Source of the DNA: Pelomyxa schiedti
Lineage: Eukaryota > Protista > Evosea
NCBI GenBank assembly: GCA_020536535.1
Contig: JAHLWZ010000120.1
Span: 1 to 57,376 of the forward strand
Direction of reading: 5' to 3'
Length of the DNA stretch: 57,376 nucleotides
Below are positions 24,101 to 36,100 of the stretch, one piece after another; positions within the stretch are counted from its first letter, which is position 1, and every line of letters begins with the position of its first letter. The translations under genes and the position numbers were made by a program. A model generated the notes under the pieces. The model made no database searches, was not told the origin of the DNA, and was given only the letters and a program-made list of their open reading frames with translations.

Positions 24101-25099
24101 GTCTGTCTGTGCATGAAGCAGCAGACGCGGTGCGCATACTGTGCTAAATGGGTTGTCTCCGGCAAATACTTCCAGCATGTATTCGAGGAGTGCACAGTCA
24201 CCGCCAAGTGCCGCTACTGCAACGAGCAGATGGAAAAATCGAGGCTCGTGGGGCACATGCAGCACTGCAACGGCGTTCCAGGAAGACAGCTTTGCACCAC
24301 ATGCTGGTGCATCACCGCCCACGAACCCAAAGACTGCCCGTCCAATCACGCGACGATGAGGTGCGTCGCGTGCAACAAGCTCTTTCCCACGAGATATAGG
24401 ATGAGCCACATGGCCACCTGCGAGAAGCGCCTCTGCGCGTGCCCCTTCTGCAAGAGTAGAGTTCCCCTGCGCGAGTACGACCTGCACATTCTCGGTTGCG
24501 ACGCCCCAGTGACCTGCAGGTGCGGCCAGGGATTCCAGTCCCGGGACTACTGCCGGCACCTTCTGGCATGCCCGAGCCAGGCAATCCAATGCGGCCTGTG
24601 CCAGCAGGAAGCCGACCCAGTGTCCACGTGGGCCTCGCACGTTATCTACGCCTGCCCCGTGTCGTTCCCCTGCCCTGTTGATGGCTCCGCCGCGAAAGCA
24701 GCAACAAAACCCAGCAGGTGCCCGTGCCGGCTGAGACTCTGCGACCTGGAATCTCACGTGGCGCCCGAGTCTGACGGGTCGGCAGAGTCCAGGTCTCTGC
24801 TTGCCGACGCGTGCCAATCTGTCAGGACGGTGTGCCCCGTGAGGCCCGGCCCTTGCCCGGGCGAATTCCCGATCCGGGAGCTGGGGCACCATCTGGAGCA
24901 CGCTTGCAGGTTCAACTTCGTGGGGTGCCCTCTTGGCTGCGACAAGGCCGACCTGGCTCTGAAGGATGTCGACGAGCACGTCAACGCGATGGGTGTCTGC
25001 CCGAAGCGCAAGTACATATGCCCTTGTGGAGAGAGTGATTGCCAGTGGTTTCTGTCCCAGCTCCGTTCGGGAGCACCCATACCCTGGAACGGCCTGTGA
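18156..25099 (+). CDS. ~2260-aa protein: N-terminal ~65-70-aa repeats, long beta-rich region, amphipathic helices, Pro/Asn linker, ~20 TRAF-type zinc fingers
   Basis: Exons 18156-18241, 18345-20076 and 20135-25099 join the 638-aa and 1606-aa ORFs in frame through GT-AG introns. The C-terminal third is tandem C-x2-4-C-x11-13-H-x3-4-C units (e.g. CPNECGETGLCRRDLETHFQEC, CPYCRKNLRPREQTQHLIWKC). Confidence 0.85.
18276..18322. repeat. (TTTTTG)n microsatellite in intron 1 of the giant gene
   Basis: Direct reading; about 7-8 units. Confidence 0.9.
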
Positions 25100-25493
25100 T
25101 CGTACATTATTTACCTACTAACAAACGAAACCAAAACCCACAACCTTGCTCGTCCTTCTGAACCAAGTGCCCTTTGCCTCCTTAGTTCCCAGCAACTCTC
25201 GTAACTTCTGAATACCAAATAAGTGCCACTTGTTTTTTGTTTACACTGCGCTTTCGCTTTCTTTGCTTCGTGGCACAATTAATTTAATTGGGACTCACAC
25301 AGTTGTGGTGTTGTGGCAAAGCTACACGAATACCGAATATTCGGCCAAAAAAACGGTTTTCGACGTTCGAGGTTCTCCAACTTGTGTAACAATCATAATG
25401 AGCGACGATAACGAAAATGACAGCGTTCCGGTCTCTTGATTATACTCATCAATCAGACCACCGAAAAAAATATCAATTTTTTCCAAGCAAAAA

Positions 25494-27181
25494 ATGACCT
25501 CGAGAGCGACGACAACAACAACCAATAATGAGAGCGACCAACACCACAACAGCCACGAGAAGCACCACCACCAGAGCAGACGCCGCCACCATCACACCTA
25601 CCCTGATAATCAAACACCACCACCAGAGACAGCGAAGGCTTCCACACACCAAAAACTGCTCACAATGCAACAACACCACCTCACAGCCGCCACAGCAACA
25701 CCTGCAGCACCAGTCGACCTAGACTGCTTCGTCGTCGGGGACAAGAGCCTGGTGTGGGAACTGTTCAACTCCCTCGCCGGCAACACGTCAGCCAAGGTGG
25801 ACAGGGATGGGGATGGGGATGGGGATGGGGATGGGGATGGGGATGGAGACCACCCCCGTATACCCCACCTCGAGCCGGAGTCCCCTGAAGATACCCTCAG
25901 CATGGAGGTGGAGGGTGTGCGAGGTTCACCTGCGAGGGTGAGGGTGAGGCTTCGCAGGGAGTCTGAGACTTTGGGTGGTTCCTGGCGGCAAGCACAGGGG
26001 CGCTCGTGTGATGCGGCGATCGTGCTGGCGGTGGTGGCTGCAAAAGAAGACGCCATGGCCAATGTGGTGATGAGGCTGATAGACATGGTGCACAAGGCGG
26101 GGCTAGGAGGTGAGAGGGTGGTTGTGGCCGATATGGAGGAGTTGGCCGATATTGGGGTGTTAACTAACACTGTCCGCACACATAGCGCACCCCTGAGCAT
26201 GGCTTTCCAGGTAATCCAAACTGGTTCTGTCTGTACTGGTTCACACCAACCCCACCTTGTGTGTTGTGTGTTGTGTTGTGTTACTAGTTGGGTGCACACA
26301 GGCTCTTCAAGTGTTCGTCTACAGAAGATTCCTTGGCAAACCTCATCAGAGCAGTGGTAGAGGCCACCTTCATGCCAATAATGTCAAGTGCAGCTAATGG
26401 TGACAACACTGGTAAATGAGTTGATTTTCCACTACACTTATGACATTCCTTCAAGGTTTGGCAGTTCATTGCCCTATCACCCAACCTGAAGTTGCCTTTC
26501 CAGTCAATGGGTCAATTGACATTGCGTGGATGGATCCCCGCACAGTCAGGTCACTTCTGCACCTCCTGGCAAAGGAGGGCACTCGGACCATTGAAGGACT
26601 GGCCCTGAGGACTTGGGTCAAAGTGGGGAACTGGCCTACTGTAGCAGAACTTATCATTTCAAACACCTTCCAGGGTGAATCAGTTGACCTTTCGTCACTG
26701 TCCTTGGATTGTATCCCAGATCAACTTTTAAAAGAAAGCATAGTGACCATCCATTCGGGTGCTCTAAAGCAGGCATCAACAACGATGCACCACTTCCGTA
26801 CTTAGTGTGCCACAAAAGCGTGGACTCTGAGGTGTCTATCTGGCTTATGTATGGTGAACCCAGCATCAGCGCAAATTAACCCGAGTGTATGAAACACAAT
26901 CAGCAAGCCTGCCTTGCACTTAAAACCACAATCATGTCCATTGAGCATCTCTGATGCCCGTGAGTACCAGCACTGGATACCAAGCTCTGGATACAAATAA
27001 ATTAGAGAATCATACAACAAAAATCAAGGCAAATCAAGGCACATCATCCTTGGCTTATGTGATCGAACACATATCTTCCTGGAAACCAAGTGTCCTACGT
27101 AAACCACAAGAACTAAGACTCTCGAAGAGGGGCCAGTTTACCACTGGGAATGGGAATCACCACCAGTTGTACAGTGATCTG
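25494..27181 (+). CDS. hypothetical multi-exon protein (His/Thr-rich N-terminus, GD repeat, possible degenerate GTPase-like and LRR-like segments)
   Basis: 288-aa first ORF, then candidate exons (VAFPVNGSIDIAWMDPRTVRSLL...ESVDLSSLSLDCIPDQL). 3' end uncertain. Confidence 0.45.
25804..25846 (+). repeat. (GGGGAT)n coding microsatellite encoding (GD)n
   Basis: Direct reading; translates DGDGDGDGDGDGDGD. Confidence 0.9.
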
Positions 27182-27302
27182 ATCTGATTTGTCCTCCAAG
27201 ACTCTAAAAACGAAAAAAATTGGCCCATTGGTGCCGCGCATCATCGACTGAGGAAACATCAACCCGACAGTCGCCACCAACAAAACCCAAACGCACCCAA
27301 CA

Positions 27303-28514
27303 ATGGATGGGTCTCGCGATGCCCTCCCACAATCCGCATCGCCGGACGAACCACCGTCGCCAACACACAAACGAGCGAGGACCGCTGCCAGCAACCCCTC
27401 GAGCATCGTCGCAAATGTGCCAGTTGCAACTGCAACTGCAACTTCGCCGGCGCCGCCACCAATCAAACCGGAACAACCGCGACCTCAGTGGCTGGGACAG
27501 ATCACGTTGGCTCGAGGACTGAGGGTGCAGGACCAAATGGTCGCGCTGGCGATGGCGCCGTTCTCCCCTCGCTGCGGGGCCAATTCGCCGGCCAGGATTA
27601 TGGGTTGGAACCTCACGAGGCAGTTTTGGCGAGACTGGGCGATCGGAGCCGGCTGCAAGAGGGTGTTTCTTGTTGACTGCAACGTTCAGCCTGGAGACTG
27701 CAAGGTCACACTCAGGATCGGCGTGTCACTTGCGCTTATGGGAGTGATTGATGTGTGTGTCACGGAAAGGGGCCAGAATCGCAGTGGAGTTTGGTTTGGG
27801 GAGAACAACTGTCAATTTGATGATGTTGTCAACGCCAAAGCGGTGGAGTTCATGCCACGCACCAAAAGTTGGAATGCACAACGGAACAAGCACGAATTCT
27901 TCGCGAAAAGTCACAAGTGGCTCCTGCAGGGCACATCCGACGGCCCCTTGCTCATCAAAAGCATGGCACCCGCAACAACAAAGGCTGAAGCTCGTACTGT
28001 TTCTGTCACCGTTCCTCTGCCTGTCGAAGCCGCCGGCCTGAGTGCAGTTAATTCGTCACAGGCAGTCATACTCGCGAGGGTGGATATCTTTGGTCCAAGA
28101 ATGCAGCTTCTTGTTGTTGATGTTGCCACCACCTACGCGACGAAAATCCTGCAAGTGTTGAGCACAACCGATTGCATCTTCCCAGACTTCCACATTTTCC
28201 GCAGCATCCAGACACGCGTTCATGTGATGGAGGACCAATCTGGCCAGAATGTGTTCATTGTCGAGACCTTGTATTCCAGCTTGCCAGATGGGGACAGGGA
28301 CCAAGGCCCTTGGGCCGTTGTGTTTTCCATGAAGCCCAACTACGCCGGAGGACGTGCCAGAATGCACTACCGCTTGAGGTCGCCCTCCAGCATCGTGAGT
28401 CACGTGTGTGGGCCACTTTTCTCAGTTCTAAGTACGGTTCTAATCACTGATGGATTTCTGGGAAAACTACCGCGAATCTGTTGGGACCCTGAGGGAGATT
28501 CAGGCGACACCTAG
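27303..28514 (+). CDS. 'RCG-SP motif' family protein (E1), intronless, 403 aa
   Basis: QDQMVALAMAPFSPRCGANSPARIMGWNLTRQFWRDW; SHKWLL; LLVVDVATTYATKILQVLSTT, which matches VLVDVAQTCSSKKLTVLSTT in the 31375 gene. Confidence 0.8.
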   Translation: MDGSRDALPQSASPDEPPSPTHKRARTAASNPSSIVANVPVATATATSPAPPPIKPEQPRPQWLGQITLARGLRVQDQMVALAMAPFSPRCGANSPARIMGWNLTRQFWRDWAIGAGCKRVFLVDCNVQPGDCKVTLRIGVSLALMGVIDVCVTERGQNRSGVWFGENNCQFDDVVNAKAVEFMPRTKSWNAQRNKHEFFAKSHKWLLQGTSDGPLLIKSMAPATTKAEARTVSVTVPLPVEAAGLSAVNSSQAVILARVDIFGPRMQLLVVDVATTYATKILQVLSTTDCIFPDFHIFRSIQTRVHVMEDQSGQNVFIVETLYSSLPDGDRDQGPWAVVFSMKPNYAGGRARMHYRLRSPSSIVSHVCGPLFSVLSTVLITDGFLGKLPRICWDPEGDSGDT

Positions 28515-28953
28515 AACTGATTCTAGCGCCTTTATAAGGCGGGAACAACACCATCGTAGTTATTCCAAGCAAAAGCTAAAGTAATCAACAATAAACTCTT
28601 GTGTTTGTATTTGGCTTCTTTCTCCCTTACTACACAAGTAAAACAACAGCCATCAACACAGTGTGGCGGTCACTATCCAAACCCAATCCTCGGCACAGCT
28701 GTATTGTTGCAATTTTTTTTTATTACCACCTCACACACCAATCACTGAGTGAAGGGTTGTTTGACATGCCACCGCAAGGTACTCTGCAAATGCACTTCAT
28801 TCAGGTCCAGCTGGAACTTCAATCTTCCATACGATGACGTCCCACAATTATTATGTTCCGCCTGATCTTCAACACCAGGGCAGTATGCTGATTACAGTTT
28901 GGGAGTGACGCAGTGAACTTTTTTCAAATCTGCCATCAAACAACAAAGGAAAA

Positions 28954-31268
28954 ATGACCGAAGGCCCTGCGGAGATACGCCGCGTCATGACGTTGTCTCG
29001 TGTGGTGTGGGACTTCGTCATCGTTCCCACAATCCTCGACCCCGCCGTCTCTCGTTGCGACTACATGACCTTCGAGGGCTGCTGCTGGCTCGCGGGCGTC
29101 GCGGACGCCCTTTTCCCCCTTGTCCCGAGGGCCTGCCGCGCACTTATGGGCGCCACCCTGACGAACTGCAACGACTCCGGCGTCGGCGAGTACACCTACC
29201 TCGTCACGTCGCGGTACGTCCCCCTCGAGTGCGCCGCGATCGTCGGGAGCACGAGGTGCATCGAGTGGATCCTGGCGCACACGAGAACGAGGAACCCGAG
29301 GAAGGAGTCCATCGAAGTGCTCGAGTCTCTTTGCATTGGTAACTAGTTCGTCACTGAAATGGGCTTATGGGATTAAATGTTACATAAATATATTAACAGG
29401 TGTTTATTGTCTCTTTAATAAGTGAATTGCGAGTCTCTTTGCATTGGGAGTTGTTAAAGCTTATATTACCATGAAGCCATAAAAAAATAACACTCCATCT
29501 ATAATATTAATATTAAATAATTGTTGTTTTGAGTTGTGAAGAATATTGTCATTGATTTGTGTAAAACGTATTGATTGTTATTGTAGGAGGAAAGCTTGTG
29601 ATGGCACAGGAGTTCGTTGACAGTGGAGATATACCGTGGAGGGGAGGCTCATTGAGGTGGCCTGTGCATGATGCTGATATGCTGGATTCCCTCAGGGAGA
29701 TGAGTGAATTCTCCACCACAAGCCTTTTATATGACGCATGCAGAGGAGGCAATTTGGCTGTTGTCAAGTGGGTCATGACGAGGTTTGTTGGCCTGGGTGC
29801 GGAGCCGTGGGAGCTTGTGGGACCGTTTGAAAATGCTCTGAGACAGGGCAATATTGAGGTTGCGCAGTGGATGGAATCCTCAACTGGTGTGGTTAACTCC
29901 TGCAAGCCACATATTGTCATACCAAATCGCCCGTGTGCTGCTAGTGTATTTTTGGATGTTGTGAAGCTCTGCATGAGGGTGTTCAAGCTGAATCGTTGTG
30001 ATATAGAGGAATGTGGCCCTGAGATTATGGCGAAGTTCATCCAGCATTGTTCAAATGAGCAAAGTGGTCACGAATTTCAGGCAGGGTGTGCGTGGATCAA
30101 AGAAAATTTTGGCATGAAGAAGTTCAGGAAGATTCGTTGGATCAAAGGCAGCAGGGGTCTCAAGTGGATCGTCACCAATTTTCCTGTCAAACCAACACAG
30201 GAGCTGCTTTCGCATGCATGCAAATCAACTGATTTGGAGCTTGTTGACTGGCTGTTTGCCAAATTGCGTTTTGGGGAAGTGACCCCAAAAACAATCAAGA
30301 GTGCATGTGCAAACGAGAAGGACAACGTCGAAATTGTGAAGAGTTTGTTGGCCAAAGTTCCACGTCCCACCCCAGATTTTGAGCGCAGCTTACTGGAGAA
30401 ATCTCTTTCCCGAAACAACACTGCCATTGGAGAGTGGTTGGATAACACATTCCACGTGATGGCAGCTGTGAATTCTGTTCCCAGCGATACAGAGAGCCTA
30501 TTCTCTAAGTTGTGCGCCAAGAACCAAGGTGGAATGGGGGGAATTCAGTGGTTCCTTTCACGTGCAACAATGCGCAACATCAGTGGAAAAACAGTTCTCT
30601 CAGCCGTCGAGGAATCACCTTGCATCACCCTCACGTTGTTTTTGATGAAGCAGTTCAATGTAAGCATTGCTCATAAGCCGTCAATCATCAGGAAGCTGCT
30701 TGAAGACGGGGATGTTTCACAGGCCAAGCAACTTGTCACCTCTGCTGAACTGTTCTCTTCATCTGAGGTTCAGGAGGCCTTTTCAGAGAGTTACCAAGTG
30801 CAGTCCGGAAAAGTGGTCAAGTGGGTGTTGCAGCAGTTTCACCTGAGTGAAGACCAAGTCAAGGTGAATGACAACCAGTTGTTGGCGAACCTGATTCACT
30901 CGAACAAGGTCGGGTGCACAGAGTGGTTCATCCACACATTCCAGGTGAGGGTGGATGAGCTAGTCAGAATGGCTGAGCGGACCAAGTGCCACGGCATCAC
31001 CTTGAGCATGTGGAAGATGCTGATGCGAGTGCTTCCTGAAATGACGGCGTCCATCGTGAGGAGCCACTTCATGAAATGGGCGGTCACGACGCCACTGCAC
31101 ACCACAGTCACAATGAGAACTCTGGGTATCACAAAGGCTGATGTAGACTCGTACAAACAAGATAGTCACGACGACGAAAGTGACGAAAGCGACGAAGGCG
31201 ACGATAGCGATGATAGTGACTACAGTGACACTGATGAGGACAGTTCCGCAGAAGACAGCGATGAATAA
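28954..31268 (+). CDS. ankyrin-like 'SRVVWD' family protein (A1), 2 exons, acidic tail
   Basis: Exons 28954-29338 and 29587-31268 join in frame (SLCIG|GKLVMAQ). Ankyrin-like motifs LLYDACRGGNLAVVKW, ALRQGNIEVAQW, HACKSTDLELVDWL. D/E/S-rich C-terminus. Confidence 0.85.
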
Positions 31269-31374
31269 ACAAACCCATTCGTTTTGAAAATTACTCCCGG
31301 GTCGAAAATTCTTCAGAAATCGAATCAAGTCTCGTGTTGTTGCAGGAAGACAAGGAAAAAGGAGAAAGACACAA

Positions 31375-31600
31375 ATGACGGCTGCGGAATCGAGTGCATC
31401 ATCAGGCAAGAGACCACAGCCACCCGCCAACGACGACACCGCCGCTAGTGGCCCACCAAACAACAACAACCAACCTCAACGTCAACAAATCAAACCAAGT
31501 CGACGTACTCGCCGCCTGGGCAGAGTCGTCACAGTGGCGCCGTCCTCGTCGTGCACGGCGCCCGGCACAACAACAAAAGCACAATCAACAGCAGCCAAAA

Positions 31601-31632
<32 letters not shown>

Positions 31633-32984
31633 ACAACAACAACAACAACCACCACCACGGCGAGGGCGGCGGGCAAAGCGACGGCGATGGACCAAGTTGG
31701 CGCGATGGCTGCGGGGACGCACCCGCGGTGCGGCGCGCGGTGCCCACTGCTGCGGCTGACGACGCCGGCGACGGGCGACGGCGGGGACGACTCAATTGTG
31801 GGATGCCGCGATGGGGATGGGAACCTGGTCGTGAGGCTGCTGTGGGCGTGGATCATGGGCGGCTCGAGGCTCTACTACGTCAAGTGGTGCCCCCGGGGGC
31901 TGGATCCGGCGCACGTGGCGATCTCGTTCGGGGTGTCCCCGGCGCTGCTGTCGCTGACGCACCAGATGAGGTGGTGGATGGACACGGGCCTCGGGATTGT
32001 GGGAGCCAGCGAGGACTACCTGGTGGTGCTGGAGTACTCGGGGTACTACCTCCAGGAGAGGGCCACCGGCAAGAGGATGAGCTTGCCGCCGCCGCCGCGA
32101 AGCCAACCCTGGTCGGAGTATCGGAAGGCAACAAACGGGAAGTGGCTGGTGGTTTGTACCTGGCCCGAAGGGCACATGCTTGTTCAGGAAATACCAAGGA
32201 AGAGCCGCGGTGAAGAAGCAACGGCAGCAGCAACAGCAGCAGCCATCGTCAGGAAGCCAACCGTTGTGGCGATTGATGGAAGGTGGGGAGATATCACGCC
32301 TAAGTTTGTGTGTGGCAACGAAGACCAGTTGCTCCTTCCCTGCCGTGCTTATGACAGCGGACCCACACCATTTTTTGAGCTCGTTCTCGTGGATGTTGCG
32401 CAGACGTGTTCATCCAAGAAACTGACAGTGTTGAGTACAACTGTTCCAAGATTGGATGACCTGCCGCCAAACCTTCGCAGCTATGAGTTATTTTTTGACG
32501 GCTCCTGGTTTGGATTCCACAAACAGAACGAGAGTGGTGGCACGGCTGTTTTGTAATGAAAAGGAGCCCACACTCCTTTGATCCTTTTCCCTCTCCATTC
32601 ATGGACTTCATAAGAATGGATGAGGGAACAGGAAAACTGCAACCAATGTTCCAGCCTGTGACAACTGATCTTTATTCTTGGTCACAGCTGAACCAATCAC
32701 AGTTCTGCGTTTTTGAGGTCAAAAAGGATGCCTATGAAGTGTGGGATGTGAATGAAACAAACAACCCTGTGAGAACAAACAAGTGCCCCACTGGTTGCAC
32801 AACCCAGCTGGATTTTGTTGAGGGTGGCCTGCTGTTCCAACTGAGTGAATCACACAAAGAGATTCACGTGACTGAGGAGTCCTCTGGTGCCCACGTAATC
32901 ACGTTCCAGGCACTCAGACCCATAACAGCATACGTACACCTGGAACATTACTCTTTCCCTTCCAAATCCCCCTCTGACACTTGA
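31375..32984 (+). CDS. 'RCG-SP motif' family protein (E2) interrupted by a 1-nt frameshift at ~32550
   Basis: MDQVGAMAAGTHPRCGARCPLLRL; TNGKWLVV. The ORFs 31375-32556 and 32556-32984 join as NESGGTAV(F)VMKRSP if one T is added to the gttttg run, matching EDQSGQNVFIVET in E1. Confidence 0.7.
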
Positions 32985-33105
32985 TGGTACTTGGAAGTTT
33001 TTATTATGCAAAACCCAGATAAACAAGTTCTTGGGTCACTAAACAAGTAGTGACACTTTTTTTGAGTAAGTTAAGTCTAAAACCAAAGAAAGACAAAGGT
33101 GGTTC

Positions 33106-36100
33106 TTATTGGGAAAGTACAGTATACAACCAATCAAGACCATCCTTAATGCCATCACCAGTTCGGGTACTGCAGCCTTGTATTCTCCAATGCTTGTGTG
33201 AGAGCTGTGGTAGTTGATGAAGTGACATGAACTCACTTACTTCACTGACTGAGAGGCTCTGTGGCCAGTCTTGCATATTGGCTGTGGTTGTGTTGAACAA
33301 GTGGTGAGTGAGTAGGAGTTTGTACATGGACAATTCCAACTTACCAAGAACCAGAATAGGAATTCCGGCGAGTTCTTTCAGAGTGACCAACTATTGTTTA
33401 CATTAATTGGAAATACTTTGGTAATGAAAACAAACCCTCATAAATTCTGCACCGGCTTCAGGCATCCTGTGCAAATATTTATAAATATTAGCACAATAAT
33501 ATCAGAAGAACCGGTCAAGGTCATGGGAATCAACCACAAAAATTAATGCACAAGTCTGCTTGTAATCTAATGGGTGTAAGGTTCAATTTGAGAGAGGGAC
33601 TGTACACTGATGTCGGGGTCTTGTTCTATCAGCTTAACACACTTAATTGATTGGGATCTCAATTCTGCAAGAAATTACATACCGCGGCAGACATCCTTTT
33701 ATTGTGATCAAATTAGATAATGAAATAATGCAGCTTACCCAAGAAGTGAATATAAAATTTTTACAGGGTACAGATTCAACGTCTTTTTAAACAGTGAATG
33801 CAAGTGGTTTGTGAGTTGGAAACATACTGAAGCCGATTGTCGGTATTGTTGTTTCCACCGGACCAAGGTTCAGTTTCCAAAGCATTGTTGTTTTTCCTGG
33901 TGACATTAAGAGGTAGGTATTTTGTTGGTGGAAAACGATACCAGCGTCATCCAACCCAAGAACTAATATCATTGATTTCGGTGAGAATAGAGATTTACCT
34001 ATCCATGATACAAATGAAAACCTAGAAGACTGTTCTGCTTCGAGGTATGAACCAAAGGACGCCTTCTGCACTGCCCTTTTCTTCTGGGTTGCCACAGAGA
34101 ATAATTTCTTCCAACCCCCTGTATAGCTGTTGAAACCTGTGAGACCTCTTCCAAATTTGAAAGGAAAACACACCTGGAGGGAACAAATGCAGTGGTCGGT
34201 AATGTTGAGGTTGTTCTAAAACCCCAACTCTCTTTGGAATACAACACTTTCCACAAATTGTTTTCTGTGGCAAAGAAATACATGGCCTGACAGGTTTGTG
34301 ATAAATGACAAAGGCTGCGAAAGTCTAATAAGAAGAGAATCTCCCTGGGAATCGTTGGAAGACTGTGAAGAAATGGAAAACTAACCGAATTATAGGCGGA
34401 GGAAGTTGTGAGAGGAATCCGCGGGGAAGCTCAGGAGCAGTTGTTTGGTCTACCAGAATTGCACTGCATCTTGGCGAAAAAGCAATGCAAGCACTTGAGG
34501 CCCACCCACAGGAAATTTGTGAAACAACAAGGCGATCAACAGCACATATTCTCTCTGGAACGTTTCTATCCTTTTCATCTCCAAGTCCTAAAAGAGGGAA
34601 TGCCTAGGTTTTTACTGTATTCTCAAAGAGAAGAAAGAAGGAAAGAGGAATCATACCCAACTGACCATGCCCGTTTGAGCCGAAACCGTATAAACCATTT
34701 GTGAATGTCAAAGCAAGGGAATGAGCTTCATAATTGGACCCTCCACCTGCCACATGCTGAACATCAGATTGAAGGCAGCTCACAAATGTGGGGGTGTTCC
34801 GTCCCTCATTGTCACCCACTCCAAGTTGTCCATGCCTTCTTCGAAGTTATCAATCAAGCCGAGAATGAGCTGTTCATACAAGTTATCACCAAATGAGAAA
34901 AGCTGGCCGGGTTCCACAACCACAAGTGAATGATTGGCCCCACAGGAAACTTCTCTCACTTTGTAGGTGGAAAAAAATGTAAGCATTTTTGGGATTCGTA
35001 CAGACACCTTGATTTGTTTAAGGTCAAGTTTGTGGTAAGAAAGTGAGTACCTCGTCAGCATGACCTGGTGGTGTTGTGTAAGAAACGAAATTGACATGAA
35101 GAGAGGTGCCCACCCAGTTGACCCGCGAGTCCACAACCCCAAGAGTACAATCTTCCTTCAGAGTCAACAGCAAGTGAGTGATTACTTCCAGCACTGGCCA
35201 ATACGATTTTTATACCTTTTGGGAAGGTGCAAGGACGAAAGTATACTCTAAATTGAATTATAAAGTACAGTGTCAGTGTAGGAAAATACGGTTCCTCAGT
35301 GCTCTCCATGCCAAGTTGACCCATAGTATTCTTTCCCACTGCCCATAGCAAGCCAGTGTCAGTAACAGCCAGGGTGTGGTCTTTGCCAGCTGAAACCGAT
35401 GTCACAAACCCTTTGTGGAAGTTAACATGGAAGTATGGGAAAGGGGAGTAATAACATCCAACGCCTAAGCGACTTGGTTCTTGAAATGTTATGCCAGGAA
35501 TATCAGGTGCGCTTTTACTGATATAAACTTGGCTCCACTTCAATACCTCACGGCTCGAAGTTGAGTAAGTGTTGCACTCGTCACAGGCTATTCTGCTAAA
35601 GGGATGAGAAGAAGCAAAAAGAATGCGCGCACACGATGTGGTACGTCCAAAACTGTGCCTGGTTGGAGACCACGAACTGGGACCTCCCCAGGTGAACAAA
35701 CATCCATCTGCAGCGATAGCAGCCATGTGTCTTTTGTGTTATGGGAAGATTGTTATGAAAGGGAAAAAAAAGAAGGGATCCAGAAGAAGTAATAACTTCG
35801 CACCTTGCACCACAGGATATTGCAACAGGCCCAGGTAATCCCGGCACCTCACGTGGTGTACTTTGGTGCTCCTTCAGCACATCAATATATGTACACATAC
35901 ACTGTTGTTTAGTGCACAAAACAATACGTTGCAGTCGGGGGAAAAAAAAAAAAATTGCAACACCCAAAAAAAAAAAAAAAAAAAAGCTAACCAATTGTGC
36001 TGTGCTGGTGGTGGTGACTGTTGTGGCTGTGGCCGGTGACAGTGGCGGAGGGTATCCAAGTTGGGACAATGAAGTACATCCCCACGTATAACAGCAACAA

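Noticed and set aside
31580-31660. CAA/CAG/AAC triplet runs (also GTA at ~15987-16010 and GAT at ~44063-44082)
   Set aside because: Ordinary coding microsatellites giving poly-Thr/Ala/Ser linkers.
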